Origin: a virus
Direction: 5' to 3' (one strand)
IMG/VR virus record: IMGVR_UViG_3300033182_000371
Location: 1 to 64,000 of that record
Length of the DNA: 64,000 nt
Shown: one piece after another, positions 56,553 through 64,000 of the stretch
Position numbering within the stretch: the stretch's first letter is position 1
Layout: every line of letters starts with the position of its first letter
Notes under the pieces: generated by a model
Told to the model about the DNA's origin: nothing
Seen by the model: only the letters and a program-made list of their open reading frames with translations
Databases searched by the model: none
Program-made: the position numbers and the translations under genes

Positions 56553-56808
56553 CTTGAGATGGCGGGATCACAATATCCTCAGGTGTAATAATAGTGTACT
56601 TGTAATTATACAGCTCGCACGCTTTTATTGCAACTTCTTCGTCAACTTCCACAGTCATCATTTCTACACCATGATCTTCTTCTAATTGCATGGCATATCT
56701 TTCAGCATCGTCCTCTTCTTCAAACATAAAGAGAACTTTATCCCCACTCTTATCCTTTACGGCATAAGCACCTTCGTCCTTTTTATCTTTTTCCGAAAGA
56801 AGAAACAT
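56539..56808 (-). CDS. DUF3110-like protein
   Basis: EGAY...VLFMFEEEDDAERYA. Confidence 0.75.
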   Translation of the reverse strand: MFLLSEKDKKDEGAYAVKDKSGDKVLFMFEEEDDAERYAMQLEEDHGVEMMTVEVDEEVAIKACELYNYKYTIITPEDIVIPPSQDDNI

Positions 56809-57860
56809 TACTCAACTTCACACGCTTTTGTGTATAAAGAACCGAACAGAGTTTTGATCTTTGATTTGTCGATCTCAACCTCTGCTTCTTCAATATATCT
56901 ATTCAAGATAGAGATCGTGTTTTCTTCTTCACTGATTTCGGTTTCTTCGCTATGCAACCACCCTTGATTGTAATCAAAGTTCTCGATTACTTTTAGTTCC
57001 TCAACACCAACGGTATAGAGTTTATCGACAAACTTCTCAAATTCTTTGGGTTTGGTTTTCTTACGAACGATTAACTTCACAATCTTTCCAGCATATTCTG
57101 CTGCATTGAACATCTGATGAGGGGTATCTTCGTAATAGATGTTATGGAACATGTGGTTGGGATTATCGACAGGAGTCAGTTCATAAGACTCAGTGTCAAA
57201 GATGTGGAATCCCCTAGGATCGTTTACATCATTCCAATACAGTTCGTAAGGATTACCAAGGTAGAAAATTTGACCGTCGTTACTACGGGTGTGATAATGT
57301 CCACTAAACACACGATCAAACTTTCTCAAATAGTCAACTTCATATCCACGATCTTGTGTGAATCCACGATAAGCAGCAAACCCATTCAGTTCAAGGTGAC
57401 CAACAGCGACCTTTGCCTTACTCTTTTTAATTGACTTCATGGTTTGCTCTTCATTCTCCTTGTTAATCCAAGCGATGAATGCAAACTTTGTACCACCAAT
57501 TACATGTTCAGCATAGTCAGTGATAGGGATGATATTATCATACTCTCGTAAAAGTAAATCAATTGTGTTAACTGAGTTGTTATTTTTGTAATAGGTTGTG
57601 TGATTACCCACAACAGTGTACACAGTGATTCCCATATCACGGAGACGATTGTAGTAATTCTCTTTAGCCCATTTGAGAGACCAGAGATCAATGCTTCTCC
57701 GATTATCGAAAGTATCGCCCATATCGATAACAGTTGTGATACCTTCTCGATTAAGCGTAGGAAAAAAAGTCCCATCGTAAAATTTTGCAAAATAGTCATG
57801 AAAGAGTTTGCTGCCCTTTCTTGCACCAAAATGCTGGTCAGTTATGATCCCGATCTTCAT
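56808..57860 (-). CDS. gp47: Recombination endonuclease subunit (T4 gp47, Mre11/SbcD-like)
   Basis: DQHFG, GDTFD, GNH, GHLE, SGHYH. Confidence 0.97.
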   Translation of the reverse strand: MKIGIITDQHFGARKGSKLFHDYFAKFYDGTFFPTLNREGITTVIDMGDTFDNRRSIDLWSLKWAKENYYNRLRDMGITVYTVVGNHTTYYKNNNSVNTIDLLLREYDNIIPITDYAEHVIGGTKFAFIAWINKENEEQTMKSIKKSKAKVAVGHLELNGFAAYRGFTQDRGYEVDYLRKFDRVFSGHYHTRSNDGQIFYLGNPYELYWNDVNDPRGFHIFDTESYELTPVDNPNHMFHNIYYEDTPHQMFNAAEYAGKIVKLIVRKKTKPKEFEKFVDKLYTVGVEELKVIENFDYNQGWLHSEETEISEEENTISILNRYIEEAEVEIDKSKIKTLFGSLYTKACEVE

Positions 57861-57933
57861 CCTTTTCTTTTCCTTTTTCTAAATCACGAAGTCTTTTGCG
57901 CCAGTATTCATTTTCCTGTTGCTGTTCGGTCAT
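57838..57933 (-). CDS. Small charged ORF (31 aa)
   Basis: MTEQQQENEYWRKRLRDLEKGKEKDEDRDHN; ATGA overlap with the gp55 stop. Confidence 0.45.
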   Translation of the reverse strand: MTEQQQENEYWRKRLRDLEKGKEKDEDRDHN

Positions 57934-58403
57934 CGACTTGTCCTGTATTGAATGTTGTCTTTGATCGTATTATAATCACTTGCTTGACCGTTTGCACCAT
58001 CCTCAACAACCATCACTTGATCATAACCAGTTCTCTCAATGATCTTGGTTTTGATTTCTAATTGCTTCTTCTCCTTTTGAATCCTACGAAGGAATGCATA
58101 ATAAATGATTTGGGTGAAATATGCAAACGGATTATTAGATTTTTCAGGATCAAAGTTATGTATATACTGAACGCAGTTCTCAATTCCGTCACCGATCATG
58201 TCCTCTCGGAACATGTAGTTCACGAAGTTCGGTTTGTATGAGAGGTGTGTTGCAATCTTTAAAAAACAATCACCCAAGTAATTACTGATCGGAGGAGGAG
58301 CAGTGCCATTTTCTTTCGCTCTCTTGCACTTGATACGATACTCCACCATTGCATCTAGCAATTCTTTGTTATTTACATAGTGCTCCGATCTTTTCTTGGG
58401 CAT
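57930..58403 (-). CDS. gp55: Late transcription sigma factor (T4 gp55)
   Basis: HYVNNKEL, NFDPEKSNNPFAYFTQI, AFLRRI. Confidence 0.97.
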   Translation of the reverse strand: MPKKRSEHYVNNKELLDAMVEYRIKCKRAKENGTAPPPISNYLGDCFLKIATHLSYKPNFVNYMFREDMIGDGIENCVQYIHNFDPEKSNNPFAYFTQIIYYAFLRRIQKEKKQLEIKTKIIERTGYDQVMVVEDGANGQASDYNTIKDNIQYRTSR

Positions 58404-58426
58404 GTTATGTGTTAATTCCTGTATAC

Positions 58427-58468
58427 ATTATAGCACAGCTTGACAAAGGTGTCACTCATAAGTAGAAT
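58427..58468. promoter_or_regulatory. Overlapping divergent sigma70 promoters upstream of gp55
   Basis: Minus strand: GTGACA (58450-58455)-N17-TATAAT (58427-58432). Plus strand: TTGACA (58440-58445)-N17-TAGAAT (58463-58468). Confidence 0.75.
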
Positions 58469-58517
58469 AACTTTGTCGAAGTTCAGAGAAACTATAGCTT
58501 AGCTTTAATCTTTAAGG

Positions 58518-58952
58518 TTATACATGAGTGGCAATGCCTGTTTTGGGATCTACTTCAAGTTTAAATAAAGATTCTAGTTTTTCTTTTGCTTTAGTAACAC
58601 TTCCAAGATATCCCATTTTTTCTGAGGGTCTTACTTTTTTTCCACCAACAGATCTTATACCAGTTACTCTTTCCTCTGCTGCATCTAAAAGATACTCGGT
58701 ATAGTAATCAATCATGTCATTGTCATTAGCAACTTCTGTCATTGTAATGACTTTATCCTTATCAATAAAGAAGAACTGATCATCTGGAACATGCATCCAA
58801 GGTTCAACTCTAATATAAGAACCTCTAGGTCCATGAACTGTTTGAATGCAAACTGGGTCTTGTAGAATTAATGTATGTTCTTCAGCTGAAGTAATTGCAA
58901 ATAACTCTTCTCCAGAGACCAACTTAATACTTGCGTAAAACTCTTCGGTCAT
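58518..58952 (-). CDS. Conserved cyanophage hypothetical protein
   Basis: FYASIKLVSGEELFA; lies directly after uvsW. Confidence 0.8.
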   Translation of the reverse strand: MTEEFYASIKLVSGEELFAITSAEEHTLILQDPVCIQTVHGPRGSYIRVEPWMHVPDDQFFFIDKDKVITMTEVANDNDMIDYYTEYLLDAAEERVTGIRSVGGKKVRPSEKMGYLGSVTKAKEKLESLFKLEVDPKTGIATHV

Positions 58953-60418
58953 TCTTTTTTCCTCAGATTGATGGTTATCATGTCATAATGAAACTTCTCT
59001 TCGTTGTAAATTTTTATGCGTTCGATGAGATGGTTCAATGTGTAATTTCTTTTTGATCTGTAGGTGCAGTCGTCTGCAATATCATATAAAGTTGCACTAA
59101 ACTTGTTTGCACCTTTTCTGAGCACTCTCCCGATTGATTGCAGATTTCTTATCCTTGATTTTGAAGGAGAGGCAAAGATTACATTGTGTAAATTTTTGAT
59201 GTTAATGCCTGTGGAAAATGTTCCGTAAGAGGCAACAATGATTGAATTTTTTTCGTTTTCGATAATGGAACGGGCTAGTTCTCTGTCCTCAACATCGACC
59301 CCTCCATGAATAAAGAAGACCTTTCGATCACTCTCAATATTTTTATTTATTAAATCGAAAAGTACCCTTCCATGATCTTCCACTCTATTAAACAAAACGA
59401 GAGTATTCCCAGGAAGATCTATAGCAAGATTTTTAATGAACTTATTCCTTTGCTCATGCTTAATCAGGTATTCAATTTCCTCTAGATAAGAATCAAATAC
59501 TCTTTCATCATGTTTCAGCAAAAGGATCTTTGCGTTGAGTTTTGCAAGGTATCCCTTGTTCATTAATTCTTCTGTGCGGATCAGTTTGTAAGAAGGTCCA
59601 AACAATCCTTCCAGCACCCATTTGTGGGTTTGGGTTCCATCAAGAGTTCCAGTAAAACCAAAACGATATTTTGCTTGATGTAACTTCGTCATGATCTGTG
59701 TCAAAGACTTTGCTTTGAACAGGTGTGCTTCATCTCCAATGACTACATTGAATCTTTCGAAGTAATTTCTCTCTAACTTATAGATAGATTGCCAAGTAGT
59801 AATAACGACAGGTGATTTTGCCTCTCGTTCACGACCAGCGTAAATCTTGTGACAGTATGACTCAGCGTCCCATCCATAATCCTCAAAGTCCTTATACATC
59901 TGCTCTACCAGAGATGTCGTTGGAACAACTAGGAGGATATTTTGTTTGCGCTCTGTATAGTACCTCACGATTGAGTAAATCATCAAAGATTTGCCAGAGG
60001 CTGTTGGGCTTATCACTAACCTTCTATTGTGTCTTAGAGCACCGTATACTCCCTCTATTTGATAGTCTCTTGGAGGATGATTGCTAATAGACTTCATGTA
60101 GTCTTTTACACCCTCACGAGAAATTAGTTCATTCTCTTCGTAAGGTGTTCCGTAGAACTTACTATCAATGAACTCATATTCATATCCATGCCTCTGACAG
60201 AAAGAGACAAGTTTATCCAAGAGACCAACATACAGTTCTCTGGTGTGAGTAGAAAACAGTCTGATCTTTCCATCCCAATATCTTTTACGATACTGGTTCA
60301 TGTACTTTGCTCCTTCAATATCAAAGGAGAAGTGATCTGCTAGTTCCTGATAGACATGAGGTTCTGATTCAATTTTCAGATAGACCTCATTCTTCTTGGA
60401 TATGACAAGTTTGCTCAT
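58949..60418 (-). CDS. uvsW: RNA-DNA/DNA helicase UvsW
   Basis: PRDYQ, PTASGKS, DEAH, TGT, QSIGRVLR. Confidence 0.97.
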   Translation of the reverse strand: MSKLVISKKNEVYLKIESEPHVYQELADHFSFDIEGAKYMNQYRKRYWDGKIRLFSTHTRELYVGLLDKLVSFCQRHGYEYEFIDSKFYGTPYEENELISREGVKDYMKSISNHPPRDYQIEGVYGALRHNRRLVISPTASGKSLMIYSIVRYYTERKQNILLVVPTTSLVEQMYKDFEDYGWDAESYCHKIYAGREREAKSPVVITTWQSIYKLERNYFERFNVVIGDEAHLFKAKSLTQIMTKLHQAKYRFGFTGTLDGTQTHKWVLEGLFGPSYKLIRTEELMNKGYLAKLNAKILLLKHDERVFDSYLEEIEYLIKHEQRNKFIKNLAIDLPGNTLVLFNRVEDHGRVLFDLINKNIESDRKVFFIHGGVDVEDRELARSIIENEKNSIIVASYGTFSTGINIKNLHNVIFASPSKSRIRNLQSIGRVLRKGANKFSATLYDIADDCTYRSKRNYTLNHLIERIKIYNEEKFHYDMITINLRKKE

Positions 60419-60420
60419 TA

Positions 60421-60846
60421 TTACCCCGCACGGAAGTTGTGCCAGTCGATGATGTTCTTAATCAAATATCCTCTGGTGCTTACCTGTTTGATGATATCTT
60501 CCAGGTATGTCAGCATGACATCGTAATATTTGATTTTTAAGGTAGCAGTTTGTACCTTCTCGTCTGCTGCCATATACCGTTGAACAGCATCCTTTTCCCT
60601 CACTTTGTAAGGAAAGGGATCGTTTACATAAACTTCTGGATTTGCTTTTCCAGTGTAATAAAGGTGACGCTCTAATTTAATTTTATTCTCTGTTGCTACT
60701 GCTCTCTCCCGCAACAGTTTTATGTTATTGTAGAGGTCAAAATACTTTGCATGCAAAGAAGGGATCTTTGCGGATTCTTCGTGTAAATTGTCTTGATCAA
60801 TCTGTGAGTCTTTCTCCCACATACTTTGTATAGTTTCAAGATTCAT
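60421..60846 (-). CDS. uvsY: Recombination mediator UvsY
   Basis: WEKDSQID, LHAKY, YYTGK, RGYLIKNIIDW; synteny. Confidence 0.93.
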   Translation of the reverse strand: MNLETIQSMWEKDSQIDQDNLHEESAKIPSLHAKYFDLYNNIKLLRERAVATENKIKLERHLYYTGKANPEVYVNDPFPYKVREKDAVQRYMAADEKVQTATLKIKYYDVMLTYLEDIIKQVSTRGYLIKNIIDWHNFRAG

Positions 60847-60849
60847 AAA

Positions 60850-61380
60850 TTAAGTTTCCACTTCAATGGTATAGAACAGATACTTGAAAGATACTGTTGC
60901 TGTAAAGTATGTATAATCGCTTTCTGTAGCAGTAAATTCGAGAGAACTTAAAGAAATAGGATATAAATCTCTGAACTTTACACGAGCACTAACATTGAAA
61001 TTGCTATTCAGAATAGCAAGAGTTCCATCACTGAACTGCTCTTTGACATCTTTCTCTCCCTGAGCATTTCTAATCAACTCTTGAAATTCAGAAACACTTT
61101 CTGGATAACCCAATCCATAGATCCAGTTGTGAATCTCTAAGTAGTTTTCCAGGTTTTCATCCACAATAAACTGGAGAGTCAGATCTTCAAACTCGATGTT
61201 GTCTCCAGGGAGATCAATTGCTTTGAGATAGTTTCCTACTTTGACATTTCCCAACTGAATACCAGGAATCTTGGCACTGTTGGAAAAGAAGTCAACCTTA
61301 GGTGTCTTTACGATATTAAATTTGAAACCAACAGGCGACAAGTAATTCTTGTTCGCTATCTGCTTTCCCAGAAAAGACAT
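60850..61380 (-). CDS. gp3: Tail tube terminator / sheath stabiliser (T4 gp3)
   Basis: NYLSPVGFKF, FIVDENLENY, PISLSSL; synteny after gp23. Confidence 0.88.
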   Translation of the reverse strand: MSFLGKQIANKNYLSPVGFKFNIVKTPKVDFFSNSAKIPGIQLGNVKVGNYLKAIDLPGDNIEFEDLTLQFIVDENLENYLEIHNWIYGLGYPESVSEFQELIRNAQGEKDVKEQFSDGTLAILNSNFNVSARVKFRDLYPISLSSLEFTATESDYTYFTATVSFKYLFYTIEVET

Positions 61381-61398
61381 TTTTATTTTTATTTAGAC

Positions 61399-61425
61399 AA
61401 AAAAAGGGGACCCTTTCGGGTCCCC
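61399..61425 (-). terminator. gp23 terminator
   Basis: GGGGACCC-GAAA-GGGTCCCC plus T7. Confidence 0.93.
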
Positions 61426-61455
61426 AACACTTCCTTCACACGGAAGTCTATTATA

Positions 61456-62895
61456 TCACATGAGGTTCTTAACAACTGTACGCTGGTAGTAGCGGTTGCT
61501 GTTAGAGGTGATACGACCGAGACCCTGGTTCGAAACATTGCCTTCAGCGAAGGGGTTGGAGACAAGACCGTAGCGGGTCTTGAAGCCAATCTTGGGCTGG
61601 AAGCTGTTCTCACCGACGGCACGAACCATCTGGAGGGGAACATAGGGGCAGTAGAAGAGACCAGCGTCATAGGGGCTGGTGCCCTTGTAACCGACAACAT
61701 AGTACTGGTTAGAAGCACTGTTGGCAGAGAAGGGATCGATGTAGACTCTGTACTTGCCGTTGATGGTTCCAGCGAAGGTGTTACCAGTGTCGTCAACTTG
61801 CAGGTTGGCGTTCAGGGCAGGGGTGTAATCGAGTACACCAGCCATGGTCAGAGCGGAGGCGACATCAGCAGAGGTCATGATGATGTTGCCCTTCCCTCTA
61901 CGAGTTCTCTGGGCGATTCTGTTAGCATCTCTTTCGATGTTAAACAGCAGACCCTTGAACTTCTCAACGCTCCAGCGACCGTTGGAGTCAACATCGAGGT
62001 CGAAGAAACCAGCGTTGGCAACATTGACCTGAGAACCAGCTTCAGCGGTCTTGTAGATGGTTCTGATGACTTCGCGGTTGATCTCAGCAAGGATCTCGCT
62101 AGACAGAATGTTAGCGAGTTCTGCTTCAGCGTTCAGACCGTGGATGGCACGCAGGTCCTGAGCCAGCTCCATGCTGTACTCAGCTTTCAGAGCACGAGAC
62201 TTGGCGGTAACGGTGACCTTCTCGATCGAGAATGCCATCTCGTTGAAGTTGGTGCCGTTGCCGTCACCCAGAGCTTCAGAGTCGCCAGTAGCCATACCCT
62301 GACCAACGCTGTACTGAGCTTGAACAGCATCAGAAGCGGTGCCTTCCAGGATACCAGGGTTGGTGCCACGCTGAGTAGCGGTAGAACCAAAACCAACAGC
62401 CAGACCATCATCGGTGGCAGCGGTGTAGTCGCCTTGGGTGGAGGTGCCACCAGCGACATTGGCGGAGAATGCAGAATCGGGCTCGTCGAAGAATGCCTCG
62501 GTGCCAGACTGGTTGGTGTAGCGGGAGCGCATTGCGAAGATCAGTCCAGTAGGACCGTTCATCGGTTGAACGCCAGCCAGTTCATAAGCAACCAGATTCG
62601 GCATAGAGCGACGAATCAGGGAGATCAGAACGGGGTCGAAACCAGCGGTAGGACCAGCAGCAGTAGAACCACCACCGAAAGCACCAGAAGCGCCAGCGGC
62701 GTTACCAGAGTTGGTGGGAGCTTCGGTCAGCATCGAGGTGCCGCTTTCGAAAGCAGCTTGCTCACGCAGGAAACGCTCTTGGTTTTCCAGGAGAACAGCG
62801 GTAGTAGCACGACGGTGAGAGTCCTTAATAGGATCTACACCCTCGGCATCGAGAAGGGGAGACCACTTCTCAATTAATTGTTGTGCGTTGTACAT
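61456..62895 (-). CDS. gp23: Major capsid protein (T4 gp23)
   Basis: KWSPLL, LLENQ, GVQPMNGPTG, SRALKAEY, EINREV, YCPYVPL, GFKTRYG. Confidence 0.99.
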   Translation of the reverse strand: MYNAQQLIEKWSPLLDAEGVDPIKDSHRRATTAVLLENQERFLREQAAFESGTSMLTEAPTNSGNAAGASGAFGGGSTAAGPTAGFDPVLISLIRRSMPNLVAYELAGVQPMNGPTGLIFAMRSRYTNQSGTEAFFDEPDSAFSANVAGGTSTQGDYTAATDDGLAVGFGSTATQRGTNPGILEGTASDAVQAQYSVGQGMATGDSEALGDGNGTNFNEMAFSIEKVTVTAKSRALKAEYSMELAQDLRAIHGLNAEAELANILSSEILAEINREVIRTIYKTAEAGSQVNVANAGFFDLDVDSNGRWSVEKFKGLLFNIERDANRIAQRTRRGKGNIIMTSADVASALTMAGVLDYTPALNANLQVDDTGNTFAGTINGKYRVYIDPFSANSASNQYYVVGYKGTSPYDAGLFYCPYVPLQMVRAVGENSFQPKIGFKTRYGLVSNPFAEGNVSNQGLGRITSNSNRYYQRTVVKNLM

Positions 62896-62929
62896 TGTTT
62901 TGGGAAATTGTGTTAAATTTGGGACTTGT

Positions 62930-63982
62930 TTACTTCATTCCAAGGGCTTTCAAATAAGATGCCATCGAAGAGGTTGCTTCGACGCCAGTCTCTGAGGTTA
63001 CGCCCTCAGACAGTGTTTCCACTTTATTAGAAGACTGCTTTTGCTCGCTGGGGAAATAAGATTCTCTCAGCGTAACCAGCTTCTCACGATAAGATTCTTC
63101 ACCCTCAAACTCAACACCTTCAGACAAAGCGTACAGTTTCTCTCTTTGTGTTACAGCAAGACCTTCGGTTACTTCACGGAAAATTCCATCAGCTGTAGTT
63201 TCACCGAGTCTCTTGTTGAGAGAGATGTTAGCTTCAATCTGTTCGTCAAGTCTGGCTTCCATTTCATCAAGTTTGGAGACCATGCTCTCCAGGACATCAT
63301 ATTTATCGTCAGGGATAGAAACATAATGATCTTCAAAAAGACTCTTCATTCCTTGCAGGAACGATTCGGTCATTTCGGTCTTCAGACCGTGCTCAACTTC
63401 GATCTTGTTCTCGGAGACCCACTCTTCGGAAACATACTCAAGGTATGCATCGACGCGCTCTACGAGTTCTGCCTTAACAGACTCAAGATGCTCGGTCAGT
63501 TGAGATTCGTACTCAGCAGCCATTGCTTCTTGAACTTCCGTTACCTTAGCGGCAACAACAGCCTCGAAGATGGTGCGAGCCTTTTCTTGGAATTCTTCGG
63601 AGAGTTCTTCGCCACCAAACAGAGCAGCAAGATCTTCTTCGATGTCAACAGCGGGAGTCTCTTCGACTTCCTGCTCAGCAACGACTTCCTGAGTCTCTTC
63701 GACTTCAGGCTCGTCGCCTTGCTTCAGAACTTCAGTGCCAATCGACTGCATAGCGTCAGCTTTGCCAGCGCCACGGTTGACAACATCTCTAACGGTTTTG
63801 ACTTTGGGTTCTGCGAGCTTAGCGGACTCGTTATCGGGCTTATAGTTCTCGGGGGTAGGACCACCGAGATCTTGTACAGCCGCAAGACCAGTTCCAGGAT
63901 CAGCCAATGTAGGCATTCCTTCGCCAGCTTTCGCACCCCTTGTTACAGGATTTTCCATTTCTTGTAATTCCTTAGCGGACAT
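62930..63982 (-). CDS. gp22: Prohead core/scaffold protein (T4 gp22)
   Basis: LSEEFQEKARTIFEA, VDAYLEYV, acidic coiled coil; directly upstream of gp23. Confidence 0.93.
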   Translation of the reverse strand: MSAKELQEMENPVTRGAKAGEGMPTLADPGTGLAAVQDLGGPTPENYKPDNESAKLAEPKVKTVRDVVNRGAGKADAMQSIGTEVLKQGDEPEVEETQEVVAEQEVEETPAVDIEEDLAALFGGEELSEEFQEKARTIFEAVVAAKVTEVQEAMAAEYESQLTEHLESVKAELVERVDAYLEYVSEEWVSENKIEVEHGLKTEMTESFLQGMKSLFEDHYVSIPDDKYDVLESMVSKLDEMEARLDEQIEANISLNKRLGETTADGIFREVTEGLAVTQREKLYALSEGVEFEGEESYREKLVTLRESYFPSEQKQSSNKVETLSEGVTSETGVEATSSMASYLKALGMK

Positions 63983-64000
63983 TAGTGAACTCTCCGAATA

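Noticed and set aside
61389-63967. Long ORFs 61798-62877 (+), 63041-63967 (+) and 61389-61796 (-)
   Set aside because: Shadows of gp23 and gp22 caused by strong codon bias; the last one also crosses the gp23 terminator.
1-64000. CRISPR array, integrase, IS element, rRNA or reverse transcriptase
   Set aside because: No regularly spaced repeats or matching protein motifs seen by eye.

Overview
A 64-kb segment of a T4-like marine cyanomyovirus, probably infecting Synechococcus; essentially all genes lie on the minus strand. In transcription order (high to low coordinates) it carries: gp22, gp23, gp3, uvsY, uvsW, gp55, gp47, gp46; a metallopeptidase-vWA / MoxR-type AAA+ (cobS) pair; gp45, gp44, gp62, regA, hsp20, gp43, uvsX, gp41, mazG; a late-promoter block of probable head proteins; gp61, nrdA, nrdB; five tRNAs interleaved with 2OG-Fe(II) oxygenases; an 11-gene GDP-deoxysugar/glycosyltransferase operon; a small outer-membrane beta-barrel; and a photosynthesis cluster (two hli, petF, peroxiredoxin, a flavin halogenase-like gene, and psbA cut by the window edge). 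Best leads: (i) mosaic late proteins whose modules are bounded by prohead-protease-type x-x-E sites, next to a nucleotidyltransferase with a T4 capsid-targeting-like N-terminus; (ii) a gmd / C-methyltransferase / fcl / GT11 / GT6 operon predicting a branched methylated deoxysugar glycan; (iii) tailoring enzymes (nine 2OG oxygenases, carbamoyltransferase, arginase-fold protein, halogenase, GAMT-like methylase) scattered among core genes; (iv) non-coding elements: a ROSE-like hsp20 leader, terminator-embedded promoters, an antisense promoter at gp55, candidate late sRNAs and an operator-controlled micropeptide. All calls come from reading motifs by eye; no searches were run.
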